DNA of 64,000 nucleotides. It comes from Chiloscyllium plagiosum (Eukaryota). This document shows positions 1 to 13,089 of the stretch, piece by piece. The notes below the pieces were generated by a model. The model had not been told where the DNA came from. It did not search any database and saw only the letters and a program-made list of their open reading frames with translations. The stretch is taken from assembly GCF_004010195.1 (NCBI RefSeq), contig NC_057718.1:47559556-47623555 (forward strand). The letters run 5' to 3'. Position 1 is the first letter of the stretch. The number at the start of each line of letters is the position of its first letter. Position numbers and translations under genes: made by a program.

Positions 1-560
1 ATCCAGCACTTTCTCCTCTGTAATCTGGACATTTTGCAAGATGTCACCCTCTATTTCCCTACAGTCTATATCTTCCATATCCTTTTCCACACTAAATGCT
101 GATGCAAAATATTCATTTAGTATCTCCCCCATTTTCTGTGGCTCCACACAAAGGCCGCCTTGCTGATCTTTGAGGGGCCCTATTCTCTCCCTAGTTACGC
201 TTTTGTCCTTAATATATTTGTAAAACCCCTTTGGATTCTCCTTAATCCTATTTGCCAAAGCTATCTCATGTCCCCGTTTTGCCCTCCTGATTTCCCTCTT
301 AAGTATACTCCTACTTTCTTTATACTCTTCTAAGGATTCACTCGATCGATCCTGTCTGTACCTGACATATGCTTCCTCCTTTTTCTTAACCAAACCCTCA
401 ATTTCTTTAGTCATCCAGCATTCCCTATAGTTACTATCCTTCCCTTTCACCCTGACAGGAATGTACTTTCTCTGGATTCTTGTTATCTCATATCTGAAGG
501 TTTCCCATTTTCCAGCCGTCCCTTTACCTGCAAACATCTGCCTCCAATCAGCTTTGAAAA
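1..560 (-). mobile_element. CR1 LINE ORF2 fragment (endonuclease-RT tether region), runs off the window's left edge
   Basis: Reverse complement aligns by eye with 2022-2582 of the + strand CR1; same-strand match to 41297-41840. Confidence 0.9.
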
Positions 561-705
561 TCGCGATCATTAGTTATATAATATGAGGAATGAAGGTTGT
601 GGGATTATTCTTTTTCCAGCAGAGATATCATAGGGTGGTTTAATAGAGGTGCTTGACCGGCTCTATGTAATGAGGGGTACATTGGGTTCCAAGCAATCGA
701 TTTTT

Positions 706-2921
706 GTTAGTGGACTCTCTAGTCAGGGGCATAGACACTCAGTTCTGTGGCCAGTAGCGAAAAATCAGAATGGTGTGTTGCCTCCCTGGTGCCAGGATCA
801 AGGATGTATCAGAGAGGGTGCAGAATGTTCTCAAAGGGGAGAGGGGCCAGCAGGAGGTCATTGTCCACATTGGAACAAGCGACAAAGGGAGAGAAAAGGG
901 TGACATTATGAAGGGAGAATATAGAGTTAGGCAGGAATTTTAAAAAAAGCACCTCAAGTGTACTAATATCTGGATTACTCCCGGTGCTATGAGCTAGTGA
1001 GGGTAGGAATAGGACGATCGAGCAGGTTAATGCATGGCTGAAGAGCTGGTGTATGGGAAAGGATTCACAATTTTGGATCATTGGAATCTCATCTGGGGTA
1101 GAGGTGACCTGTACAAGAAGGACGGATTGCACCTGAATTGGAAGGGGACAAATGTACTGGCAGGGAAATTTGCTAGAGCTGCTTGGGAGGATTTAAACTA
1201 GTTAGGAGTTGGGGTGGGACCCAGGGAGATACTGAGGAAAGAGATCAGTCTGAGACTGGTACAGTTGAGAAAAGAAATGGGTCAAACAGTCAGGGCAGGC
1301 AGGAACAAAGCATTTATTTCAATGCAAGAGGCCTAACAGGGAAGGCAGATGAACTCAGGGCATGGTTAGGAACATGGGACTGGGATATCATAGCAATTAC
1401 AGAAACATGGCTCAGGGATGGACAGGAATGGCAGCTTAATGTTCCAAGAAAGAAATGGATGGAAAGGGAGTCAAGAGAGGAGGGGGAGTGGGGTTTTTAA
1501 TAAGGGATAGCATTAAAACTGTACTGAGGGAGGATATTCCTGGAAATACATCTAGGGAAGTTATTTGGGTGGAACTGAGAAATAAGAAAGGGATGATCAT
1601 CTTATTGGGATTGTATTATAGACCCCCCAATAGTCAGAGCGAAATTGAGAAACAAACTTGTAAGGAGATCTCAGCTATCTGTAAGAATAATAGGGTAGTT
1701 ATGGTAGGGGATTTTAACTTTCCAAACATAGACTGGGACTGCCATAGTGTTTAGGGTTTAGATGAGAGGAATTTGTTAAGTGTGTACAAGACAATTTTCT
1801 GATTCAATATGTGGATGTATCTACTAGAGAAGATGCAAAACGTGACCAACTCTTGGGAAATAAGGCAGGGCAGGTGACCGAGGTGTCAGTGGGGTAGCAC
1901 TTTGGGGCCAGCGACCATAATTCTATTAGTTTTAAAATTGTGATGGAAAATGATGGACCAAATCTAACAATTGTAATTCTAAATTGGACAAAAGCTAATT
2001 TTGATGGTATTGGGGCAAGAACTTTCAAAAGCTGATTGTGAGCAGATATTTGCAGGTAAAGGGACAGCTGAAAAATGGGAATCCTTCAGAAATGAGATAA
2101 CGAGTGTCCAGAGACAGTATATTCCTGTTAGGGTGAAAGGAAAGGCTGATAGGTGTAGCAAATGCTGGATGACTAAAGAAATTGAGGGTTTGGTTAAGAA
2201 AAAGAAGGAAGCATATGTCAGGTACAGACAGGAGAGATCGAGTGAATTCTTAGAAGAGTATAACAGTAGCAGGAGTATACTTAAGAGGGAAATCAGGAGG
2301 GCAAAAAGGGGACATGAGATAGCTTTGGCAAACAGAATTAAGGAAAATCCAAAGGGTTTTTACAAGTACATTAAGGACAAAAGGGTAACTAGGGAGCGAA
2401 AAGGGCCCCTCAAAGATCAGCAAGGTGGCCTTTGTGTGGAGCTGCAGGAAATAGGGGAGATACAAAATGAGTACTTTGCATCAGTGTTTACTGTAGACAA
2501 AGATGTGGAAGATATAGAATGTGGGAAATAGATGGCGACATCTTGAAAAATGTCCATATTACAGAGGAGGAAAGGCTGGATATCTTGAAATGCAAAAAGG
2601 TGATAAAAGCCCAGGACCTGATCAGGTGTACCCTCGAGCTCTGTGGGAAGCTAGGGAAGTGATTGCTGAACCCCTTACAGAGATATTTGTATCATCGATT
2701 GTCACAGGTGAGGTGCCAGAAGACTGGAGGTTGGCGAACATGGTGCCATTATTTAAGAAAGGTGGTAAGGACAAGCCAGGGAACTACAGACCAGTGAGCA
2801 TGACGTCGGTGGTGGGCAAGTTGTTGGAGGGAATCCTAAGGGACAGGATGTACATGTATTTGGAAAGGCAAGGACTGATTAGGGATAGTCAACATGGCTT
2901 TGTACATGAGAAATCATGGGT
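706..2921 (+). mobile_element. Decayed CR1 LINE: ORF1 SGNH-esterase remnant, APE endonuclease and start of RT; 3' part missing
   Basis: Translations LPGARIKD, VHIGT, KKDGLHLNW (esterase); YFNARGL, IAITETW, GDFNFPNIDW, SDHN (APE EN); KSPGPD, PEDWRLA, PGNYRPVS, SQHGF (RT). Several stops and frameshifts. Confidence 0.92.
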
Positions 2922-3541
2922 ATAAGCAAAATACATACAGTACAGTGATGACAGAACGGGAGAATGGGAATAAGTAAATAGCTTCTTCAAAGAACTGATG
3001 GACTGAATGTTATTGTGTGTAAATGATAATGTTATTTAGCTATTGAACATCATTTCTCTTGGCAGATCAAGTGCAGATGTTGACGAAATCTGAATAGGAG
3101 TTGTGTTTCAGTATTGTGAGTTTGTAATTCATGGCTTTCCACCTTCCATTAATTCCAATGCTGTAAGATTGTTCTGTTTCCAAATAATACATTTCTTGGA
3201 TCACTGAGATATATTGCCAATAAATGGGAAGATTTAAAATATACTAGTAAGCCAGAAAGTCTTTGTATTGCACTGAATGGTTTATAATCTGAAGATCACC
3301 AAATCTTGGAGGGAACTGACTTAGACTTGATACTGAATGTCCTCCACTATGCTGTATTAATTTAATGATTTATTAAAATTGGAATGAATTCTGATTCCTG
3401 GCCCTTCCTCACTTATTAATTATTGTGAGTTTATTTCTCAGTTCCCAGTGATATCCAGGATATGCCGTGTCACTCTGTCAAGTTGTTTATTTTGGATAAA
3501 CATTTCTTCTCACTATCAACATATTGCCTTTTTGATTATAG

Positions 3542-3684
3542 AAGTCAGCCCTGATTATCAGTGGACCTCAAGATGTGAGAAAGAAGGAGCTCGTGTTCCT
3601 GCAGTTCCACTTAAATGAAACCAAAGAAGATTTTAGTGCAATCGACTATCTCTTATTTTCATCCTTCAAAGAGCTTCAGGAGAG
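3542..3684 (+). CDS. PACC1: Proton-activated chloride channel, internal exon KSALIISGPQDVRKKELVFLQFHLNETKEDFSAIDYLLFSSFKELQE(S)
   Basis: ttatag acceptor, gtgaga donor; 143 bp (47 codons + 2 nt); recognisably similar to vertebrate TMEM206. Confidence 0.93.
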
Positions 3685-3785
3685 GTGAGAAGTTAGTATA
3701 AAGACCTACTGAGTCTTTCTAACTGGATGTGAATGGAATTGATACTGTGTTAGAATCTATTGATGTTAAGGGTCACTTTTCAAAT

Positions 3786-5547
3786 GGACAAAAGAGTAAC
3801 TAGGGAGACAATGGGGCCCTTAAAGATCAGCAAGACCATGTATGTGAGGAACTGCAGGTGGTGGGTGAAATACTAAACAGTGTTGCATCACTTGCAAGAG
3901 TGTTTACTGTGGAGAATGATGTGGAAGCTAAAGGACTTGTGGAAATAAACAATAATATCTTGAATAGTGTACATATTAAGAGGAGGAGTTACTGGATATC
4001 TTAAAATGCATAAAGGTGGATAAATCCCTTGGACCTGATCAGGTGAACCCTAGAACTTTATGGGAAGCTAGGGAAGTGATTGCTGGGCTTCTTGCTGAGA
4101 TATTTGTATCATCAATAGCCATAGGTGAGGTGCCGGAAGACTGGGCATTGGCTAACACGGTGCCATTATATAAGAAAGGTTGTAAGGAAAAGCCAGGGAA
4201 TTATAGACTGGTGAATCTGATGTCAGTGATGAGTAAATTATTGGAGGGGATTCTGAGGGGCAGGATGTACATGTATTTGGAAGGCAAGGACTGATTAGGG
4301 ATAGTCAACATTACTTTGTGTGTGGGAAGTTGTGTCTCATAAACTTGATTGAGTTTTTGAAGAAGTAACAAAGAGGGTTGATGAATGCAGAGCAGTGGAT
4401 GTAGTCTATGTGGACTTCAGTAATTAATTCAACAAGATTCCTCATGGTAGACTGGTTAGCAAGGTTAGATCACATGGAACACAAGGAAAACTAGCTACTT
4501 GGATACAAGGTAGGAGACAGAGAATTGTGGTGGAGGGTTTCTTTTCAGACTGAATGCCTGTGACCAGTGGAGTGCCACAAGGATCACTGCTGGGTCCACT
4601 GCTTTTTGACATTTATATAAATGATTTGAATGTGAACATCCGACGTATTGTTAGTAAGTTTGCAGGTGACACCAAAATTTGTAGTGTAGTGGACAGTGAA
4701 GGTTACCTCAGAGTACAATGGGACCTTGATCAGATGGACAAAGAGGGCGAGGAGTGGCAGATGGAGTTTAATTTAGATAAATGTGAGATGCTGCATTTTT
4801 GAAAGACAATCCAGGGCAGGACTTGAACACTTAATGGTAAGGTTCTGGGGTGTATTGCTGAACAGAGAGACCTTGGAGTGCAGGTTCATAGTTTCTTGAA
4901 AGCGGAGTCGCAGGTAGACAAGGTAGTGAAGAAGGCATTTAGTATGCTTGCCTTTATTGGTCAGTGCATCGAGTATATGAGTTGGGACGTCATGTTGCAG
5001 CTGTATAGGACGTTAGTTAAGCCACTTTTGGAATATTTTGGAATATTGTGTTCAATTCTGCTCTGAAGTTGTGAAACTTGAAAGATTCAGAGAGAATTTA
5101 CAAGGTTTTGGAGGATTAGTGTTATCAGGAAAGGATGAATAGACTGGGGTTATTTTCCCTAGAGCATTGGAGTCTGAGGGGTGACCTTACAGAAGTTTTC
5201 AAAGTTATGAAGGGCATGGATAGGATGAATAGCAAAGGTCTTTTCCCCAGGGTGTGGGAGTCCAATACGAGAGGGCATAGGTTTATGGTGAGAGGGGAAA
5301 GATTTAAAATGGACCTTAAGGGCATGCAGAGGGTGGTGTGTGTATGGAATGAGCTGCCAAAGTAAGTGGTGGAGGCTGATACAATTGCAACATTTAAAAA
5401 GGCATCTAGATGGGTATATGAATAGGAAGGGTTTGGAAGGATATGGGCCAAATGCTGGCAAATGGGACTAGATTCATTTAGAATATATTGTTGCCTTGGA
5501 CAAATTGGACTGAAGGGTTTGTTTCTTTGATGTACATCTCTATGACT
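3786..5547 (+). mobile_element. 5'-truncated CR1 LINE (RT to 3' tail)
   Basis: VTSGVPQGSLLGPLLF, SKFAGDTK (FADD-like), NTRGH motifs; ends in the CR1 tail ...gtacatctctatgact. Confidence 0.92.
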
Positions 5548-5973
5548 GAATGAAATAGCTGAATCACCTGTGCATCAAAACATGCCATCTTCCTGAAATG
5601 GAAACTCGATCTGATACATTTTAATGCATTTCATCAACTTTAATTGTAAAATGTTACCAGTTACCAGAATACCATACAATTCACCAGTTTAGAATCAGCA
5701 AATGACAACCTTAAATACCTCCTTGTCAAGTTTTTATTAAAAAGTTGTGATTAATCTATCCTGGAGTTTATATTTTAGTCATAAATTGATTTCTTTCTTT
5801 TCAACAATATTGAGTAGGGATATCAGCAGGTTTCAGAGAGTTAAACAGCATACACAGCACAGCAACAAGCCATTTAGCTAAACTGGTCTATGCTTGCATT
5901 TCTCCTCCACCCAGCCACTCCGTCCAATCCTATCTGCATCACCTTCTGTTCCTTTATCTCCTTTGTACTTAAC

Positions 5974-6292
5974 TAGATTAGATTGATTCCCTACAGTGTG
6001 GAAACAGGCCCTTCGGCTCAACAAGTCCACACCGACCCTCCGAAGAGTAACCCACCCAGACCCATTTCCCTCTGACTAATGCACCTAACAGTATGGGCAA
6101 TTTTGCATGGCCAATTCACCTGCCCTGCACATCTTTGTGACTGTGGGAGGAAACCGGAGCACCTGGAGGAAACCCACGCAGACAAAGGGGAAATGTGCAA
6201 ACTCCACACAGACAGTCGCCCGACGCTGGAATCGAACCTGGGACCCTGGTGCTGTGAGGCAGCAGTGCTGATCACTGAGCCACTGTGGCAGC
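5974..6292 (-). mobile_element. HE1-like V-SINE (tRNA-derived head, V-domain, CR1-like tail)
   Basis: Reverse complement carries A/B boxes, the V-domain tgtgtggagtttgcac...gggtttcctcc, and an (aatct)n-type end. Confidence 0.9.
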
Positions 6293-6544
6293 TTCCTAAG
6301 AGAAACAATTGAAAGGTTTTCAGTACTGCCGGTAATGCTGACAAGAGAAAATCTTTGAGTCTTGGGTTGCATTGTGCGAAATTTAGCTGACTTCCAGTTT
6401 TATGTTATGGATACTGCAATGTCAGCTTCTTGGTGACCTAATTATTCTACCACATCTTAGCAGCAGCATAGTATTTTTGTTTTGCTAAGTCATGTTGCAT
6501 ATTAAAAGTGACAAAGTTAAATTCTTCCACAACATGACCATTAA

Positions 6545-6670
6545 AACAAAATAACTGAAATGCTGAAAATCTGACACTCAAAAGGAAATTACTGGAAGAA
6601 CTCAACAGGTCTGACAGCAGCTGTGAGGAAAATAAGTCAATGTTTCAGGTTGTGACCTTGCATCAAAAGT
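6545..6670 (-). mobile_element. Decayed Penelope-type terminal-repeat fragment
   Basis: Similar to 21486-21581 and 29962-30066; minus strand ttgatgcaaggtcacaacctgaaacatt resembles a decayed hammerhead. Confidence 0.5.
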
Positions 6671-6809
6671 AAATTCTGATCACATTGCCAGACTAATGAG
6701 CAAAGATGAATACTGAATGAATTCTGCTGTTCTGTATTGTTTAAGTGTAAGGAGGTAGAACTGTTTCATAAGCTGAACAGAGAGTATTATGTTGGCATTT
6801 GTCTTTCAG

Positions 6810-6954
6810 TTCTGATAAAGCACAATTCATGCAGGACTGTGAACGTTCTTATTCTATGTGGACATTTTCTGGAGGGTTTCGAACTTGGGTCAAAATGTCT
6901 CTGGTGAAAACGACGGAGGAAGATGGAAGTGAGTCAGTGGAATTCAGACAAGAG
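6810..6954 (+). CDS. PACC1: PACC1 internal exon (S)SDKAQFMQDCERSYSMWTFSGGFRTWVKMSLVKTTEEDGSESVEFRQE
   Basis: tttcag acceptor, gtaatg donor; 145 bp, in phase with the previous exon; FSGGFRTWVKMSLVK motif. Confidence 0.95.
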
Positions 6955-7224
6955 GTAATGAGGGCATTGGGACCATGACTTAATTAGAAATGTCGAGTAG
7001 GAAAGTCTCAACCAGTATTGTAAGAATGCCATTCATATCATTGAATGATATTCAATGAGCATATCATTGAATTATGCTCAAAGTTTTGCTATATCAAACA
7101 AATGAGAGTGATTTCTTGGCCATGTCAGTAAATGTCATTGCAATTAACCTCCTTTCAGTTCAGAGTTGGCAGTTGTAATGCCATCTTTGATGTTTTCCTA
7201 TTTATGAATCAATTAAGCGAGTTG

Positions 7225-7545
7225 TCATTTTGTTTTATTTACTTGTGAGACCTCTGCATCATTGAGTGGAACAGCATTTATTGCCCATCCCTGATTGCTG
7301 TTGAGATGCTGATGAGCTGCCTTCTTGAACTGCTGCAGCCCACGTGCTGTTTGTTGCTTTGCAATGCCCTTAGGGAGGGAATTCCCAAATTTTGACCCAG
7401 TGACAGTGAAGGAACAGTGATATATTCCCAAGTGAGGGTGATGAGTGGTTTGGAGAGGAACTTGCAGGTGGTGATCTTCTCATAAATCTCCTGCCCATGT
7501 CTTTCTAGATGGAAGTGGTCATGAGTTTTGAAGGTGCTGTCTACC
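7225..7545 (-). mobile_element. Old LINE (CR1/L2 group) 3' fragment
   Basis: Minus translation SFTVTGSKFGNSLP...GLQQFKKAAHQHL; related copy on + at about 13090-13275. Confidence 0.6.
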
Positions 7546-7774
7546 TTAATAGCTCATTTATAAATTGAGTTAAAATGATTGAAACTAAATCAAACGTGTT
7601 TCACATTTTATCACACTCGTGTTTTAAAATATCCTGCAACAACTGAATGACTACTGAGAGAGTTGATTATGCAGTTGTGGAGCATTGGGCAAGATCATGG
7701 TCCGTGATAACTTATAGGTTTGTAAAGTGGACTTTCAGTCAAAAATGTTTAAGAACCTTTATCAGTTATGACAC

Positions 7775-8370
7775 AGATTATATGAGCAGGGAGGTCATGT
7801 TGGAGCTGTACTGAACTTTGGTCAGTTCACAGCTGGAATACTGTGTGTAGTTCTGTTCATCACACAATCGGAAGAATGTGATTGCGCTGGAGGGAGTATG
7901 GATGAGATTCACCAGAATGGTATCTGAGCTATGAAGGGAGCTTAATAAATTTGGGTTGTTTACTTTGGAGGAGAGAAAGTTGAGAGAATCCGTCCCCACC
8001 TTATAGGAAGGATGTGGAGGCTTTGGAGATGATGCAGTAGATGTTTACCAGGATGTTGCCTGGATTGGAGTGAATTAGCTATAAGGAAAGATTGGACAAA
8101 CTTGGATTGATTTTGCTAGAGAGCTGGAGGCTGAGGGGTGACCTAATAAAGGAATGAGAGGCATAGAGAAGGTGGATAGTCAGAGTCTTTTTTTCCCAAG
8201 ATGGAAATGTCAAATAGTGGCGAGCATAGGCTTAAGGTGAGAGGAGAAAAGTTTAAAGGAAATGTGTGAAGAAAGTTTTTTTTACAGAAAGGGTGGTAGT
8301 TGCCAGGAGGTGGTAGAAGCAGATACAATAGCAATATCTAGACAGACACGTGCACTGTTCTACTATTCTA
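7775..8370 (+). mobile_element. Composite of CR1 3' fragments
   Basis: LYxTLVSSQLEYCV-type and aggctgaggggtgaccta CR1 C-terminal motifs. Confidence 0.75.
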
Positions 8371-8486
8371 TGTTTAACCATGGATCTAATCTAGGTGCTC
8401 ATTTTAGAATGAGGTCTGAAACCAGAAGGAAGTGAGAGCATTACCAACTGAGCAAAGCTGACACCTGTGGAGTTCGTAAATAATGT

Positions 8487-8783
8487 GGGCGGCATGGTGG
8501 CTCAGTGGATAACACTGCTGCCTCACAGCACTATGGTCCCAGGTTTGATTCCAGGCTTGGGCTGCTGTCTGTGTGGAGTTTGCACATTCTCCCTGTGTCT
8601 GCATGGGTTTCCTCCCACAATCCAAAGATGTGCAGGTCAGGTGAATTGGCCGTGCTAAATTGCCCATAGCGATAGGTGCATTTGTCAGAGGGAAATGGGT
8701 CTGGGTGGGTTACTCTTCGGAGAGTCAGTGTGGACTGGTTGGCCTGAAGGGCCTGTTTCCACACTGTAGGGAATCTAATCTAA
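8487..8783 (+). mobile_element. HE1-like V-SINE with a small internal deletion
   Basis: gggcggcatggtggctcagtgg head, V-domain, ...ctgtagggaatctaatctaa tail. Confidence 0.9.
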
Positions 8784-8978
8784 TTGCAATGCTTATAACT
8801 TAAGATTCAGGAGTAATTTTGTACGCTCGTTACTTCGATTAGGCATCTGACATTGAGGTTGAATTCCAGTAAAACCAGTTGGATTGATGCTGTTCTACTT
8901 TAAATATGTTTTGAAACATCTGTGGGAATGGATATTCCTTTGATATTTGCTTCTAAACTATTTTCTTACTATTCACAG

Positions 8979-9086
8979 TCTACTCTGGTGCGATATAATG
9001 ACCACCGGCCTGTTTCTGAACATACTGACCAATTGTTCTTTGCCGTATTTGAGTGGAAGGATCCTTTCATTCAGGAAGTCCGTGAT
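8979..9086 (+). CDS. PACC1: PACC1 internal exon STLVRYNDHRPVSEHTDQLFFAVFEWKDPFIQEVRD
   Basis: ttcacag acceptor, gtaagt donor; 108 bp, phase 0/0; FEWKDPFIQ motif. Confidence 0.95.
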
Positions 9087-9522
9087 GTAAGTGTTTTCAT
9101 TGTTCTCTGCATTCCTTTGCATTTTAATAGGATTAATGTCCACTAACAACAATATTGAGACCCTGCAGCTTTCTGGAAAATAGGGAATGCCTTGCACTAT
9201 TTATTGACCATCTCAAGTGGCATTGACCATATTTCCTCCTTTTTACTTAGTTTTGTATTTTTTAATATTAATGGAGAGGAAATAACTTGAAATTATCATG
9301 GAACAAACAAAATATGGTTAGCTGTAATGGTTTGTCTAAATCCTTGTGACATGAGACTGTGGTATTTGAGATGTAAATCTTCCACATTTGTGGAATACCA
9401 CCAATATATTTTCCAGTACTCTATAGAAAGTTAATTATTGCACACATCAAGTACAAACTGGGGTACTTGCTAATTAGAAATCCCAATATATTTGGTAATT
9501 GTTTGATTTTGAATGTTTGCAG

Positions 9523-9684
9523 ATAATCACAGCCAATCCATGGAACACAATCGCTATCCTCTGTGGTGTCTTCTTGGCTTTGTTCAAGGCAGCAGAATTT
9601 GCAAAGTTGAGTGTGAAGTGGATGATCAAAATTAGAAAGAGGCAAAAAAAGCACAAGGCCCAGGAATTGAACCAAATGACTTAA
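9523..9684 (+). CDS. PACC1: PACC1 last coding exon (TM2 and C-terminus) IITANPWNTIAILCGVFLALFKAAEFAKLSVKWMIKIRKRQKKHKAQELNQMT*
   Basis: ttgcag acceptor, TAA stop; diagnostic TANPWNT...LALFKAAEFAKLS...WMIKIRKR. Confidence 0.96.
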   Translation: MITANPWNTIAILCGVFLALFKAAEFAKLSVKWMIKIRKRQKKHKAQELNQMT

Positions 9685-12600
9685 ACCAAGATCTTTGAAG
9701 GGCTGTAGTTCTGATCTTCAAATTCACTCCTTGTCAACAGGGTGTGGAACTATGTGTTCGAGGTTACTGAAGACTACGCCATTCTTATTTCATTTGTGAT
9801 AGGTATAAACCTTTGAAAAGACACATTATATGGCCACGGCTGTCAGTATTAACAAGAAACGTTACAGCTGGATTAGAATCATTAGAAACTTCAGTCTCGA
9901 GCAGTTTGATTACCTTTATTCTCGGTTTGTTACTGAGATATTAGAAAGACTTAAAAGAAAGCTATTTAACAAGATAATACTATCTCTGACAGCAGAGTTA
10001 CTTTCTAATTCTGTCAGTTTTAAGATTGTGGCTCACTGTGGCTGATATAGTCATGTAAGGCATACATTCCACATGTTCTTGGTGATTCACAGAAGAGGTT
10101 TACAATTCAGTTCAGTATGTGGTATTTATACAACTGTTGTCCTAGTTATTGTTGCTTGATCAGTGATTGATTTCAGTATCGTGGTTGTTTATGACACGCA
10201 GCCTGAGGGCAGCGTGAAGCACCTGGAAGCATAATGGTCCTGGTAACGGTGTTTTTGTTTTTCAAAATGTGTTCAGTTACTAAATTAATGTTTTCAGTGC
10301 CGCTGTACTCCCTGTACTTGTGGTACTGTTGTTTGTAGAAAATAGGTTTTTCAATTATCTTCAATTACTTTTTGTGTTGTGCTGTAAATTGGGTTTAATC
10401 CAAATCACTGCCAACTTTAACTAAATAGAGCATCTAACCATCACTTCAGTGAGCCATTTGCTCATTGTTATCAAATAATTTGATAACAAAAATATCACTG
10501 CTATGTCTACTTGAGGAATCAGTATGACTGCTTTAAGTGATTACTAAAAAGGGTGGTGTGCTCTTTGGTGAAAGGTGTAATATGGTGTTTCTACTGTAGG
10601 TGGCACTAGAACAGTTGAACTCTTTAATGTTGTATCCAAGACCAGAAGGGAGATTCCACCTGTAATAAGTTCAATCTTATATAGTTTATATTACGTGAGA
10701 TTTGTATTTGTATTCTTCATAGCCGCATATAGTACATTCATGCAGGTTTTCTATGGATACTTAATGAATAACATATTATAAAATTATTCACATTTCTTAT
10801 TTTCAAGCATATTCTGCATTTTGGAAATGGCACCCTGAATTTTAAATGTGCTTTAATGGGATATATTTTAGCTTGGATCTCAGAGTGCTGTGAGTAGTAG
10901 AGAGGGCTTGTAATCATCTCTAATGCACTGGTCAATATTGAACTTGAAAGTATTGCAGTTAGTGTTCATTGTTGTACAGATACAGAAAAGTTTTAGTTAT
11001 TAACTTGAATTTTGATAAAATAATTTATTTAGTGGATTGTTTCTCTGTGTGAGGTAAGTCTTTATGAAAGATGTGCTGTCAAATCGAAACTTGTCATGTA
11101 AGTTAGAGATGCACTTCAGTCATAAGTATAGGTAGATGGTCAAAATTACCAAGGTAAATGGCTGCAATAATAATCTATAGAGTCTATAAACACTGTAGAG
11201 AAGATGTAAGGAAGTGTACCATGACATTATTTGAAGGGCCAACCTCGAATGTCATTGGCAAAGACCTGGGAACCGGTCTTCGAACCTCTTACCTAGGAAT
11301 AGTGCGTGACTCTGGAACTGCAGGTGAAAAGATTAACTTGTATTGAATGGTCAGCCTGCTGCTGCATGGAGGCAGAGAAGGAAGGTGTCTAAGCCTGCTT
11401 GGAATGGTGTCTCCACTCCACCAAGTACTCCCAAGCGATTGCTACTAGGCAAGTAAGCTAATCCACCCCCCAGAAACCACCGCAACCATCTCTGAAAACA
11501 TGGGACCAACTGGAAAATCACAGGAGTCAAACAGTTACGCTGCTATTCATTCCTTTCCTAACTCCCAACCTACCTTCTGGAAACTAGGAGTAGAATAGAA
11601 CAAGGAACTGGCACTTCCAGCTGCTGATATGAACTTACAACTCCCATCTCTCTGCATTTCCAGTCATGGAAGTGACTTCAAATCCTTCACTGTTTGTCTC
11701 AGTCTTGGCTCAGGAAATTTGCAGTTGTTCTGAAGAAGATTCCACAATTGCCCTGTATGGGTTGCTCGTTGAAGTGAATTCTAATTGCTGCTACTTGCAG
11801 TTCAAGACCTCACAGTAAGTCAAGGGGCAAATGTAAATGTGATTACTTCCTGCCTTTGTTTGCTACTGACCACAAAGTGCTTAAGGCAATAAGTCATGAA
11901 GTAAATGAGAAAGCACTCAATATTTTTCAGTATTCAACATTTTCTTCTCATTTGAAATTTTGTTTTGCAAAGAATGTGATTGTGACATTGAACCTAAACT
12001 CCTTAAAATAGATTGTTGTTCTTCTGTAGTTTTTTATAAATAAGGACCTTGAAAATCCACAGGTCTGTGACCCCAGCATACACTCTCAGAACCTCCACCG
12101 AAGACCACATCTGACCTTCTTGGATTGGGTGAGAATTTCACATTTTAAACAATCCTTGTAGGCATGCTTAGTAACTTTTAGTTATCTCTGACACCTACTC
12201 TTGTATAAGGGTGTAAGAGTCTGAAAGAATTAATACTGAGGAGTGCCTTAAACACCATCCACTATGATAATTCATTCTGACTTGGTGTGACAACAGTTTA
12301 CAGCAGTCATTGTAACAGCTCTGTGACAATGTCTATCATAGCAGTGTAACGTGTTATCCTGTAAAAAAAACTACATCATGTTTAACACAAGCGCCTCTTC
12401 TCATTATACTAGTAAATGGTTTTGCATTTATCACACCAGACCCAATGAACTCAATGGATCCCTATCCTACCAGAGGATGGTGGCAACAGCAAGCCTACCC
12501 CAAGGTGAGTGATAGCACAGGCGACCTCATGCAGCATAAGGGTCAGCTTTAAGAATTATTTCTATAACACCTGCCAGTTTGAAAAAAAACTTTGGAATAC

Positions 12601-13089
12601 TAGGTGACTTCCTAAATGAATAGGAGGAGGTAGAATAAGGCCAGTGTTAAGACTAGTTACCATCTTTGCTCCATCACCCTAATGCCATACATACCTATTC
12701 ATTGGGACTTGATCAGTCCATTTTACAATGGAGGCAAGAAATATCTCGGTCCATTTTTCCAAAAATGCAGGGGAGAACTCAAACCAGGATCTTCAGTGGC
12801 TACACTTGTGCTGCTGGAACTACCAGTACACACCCACTTTCATCGAGGCATGAAACCTCACAATCTTTAAGAAGTACTTAGATGAGCACTTGAAATGTCC
12901 TATTACTAAAGATGAAAAGCCCCCAAGTTTTCTATCTATACATTTGATCCTTCCTTTTCATGATATGTGTATTGAATGCACAGAACACCATAATAATTTA
13001 AGTCTGGTAAACATTCAACAATTATTCATTCATTGAAATGAATCAAGATACAAGATCCCCGCTAAGTCAAACACTTAATGATTCAGAAA

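Noticed and set aside
8922..9684. ORF-track starts at 8922 and 9499 (and 35378 on -) as independent small genes
   Set aside because: They are read-through extensions of spliced exons into introns; splice sites and phases define the real boundaries.
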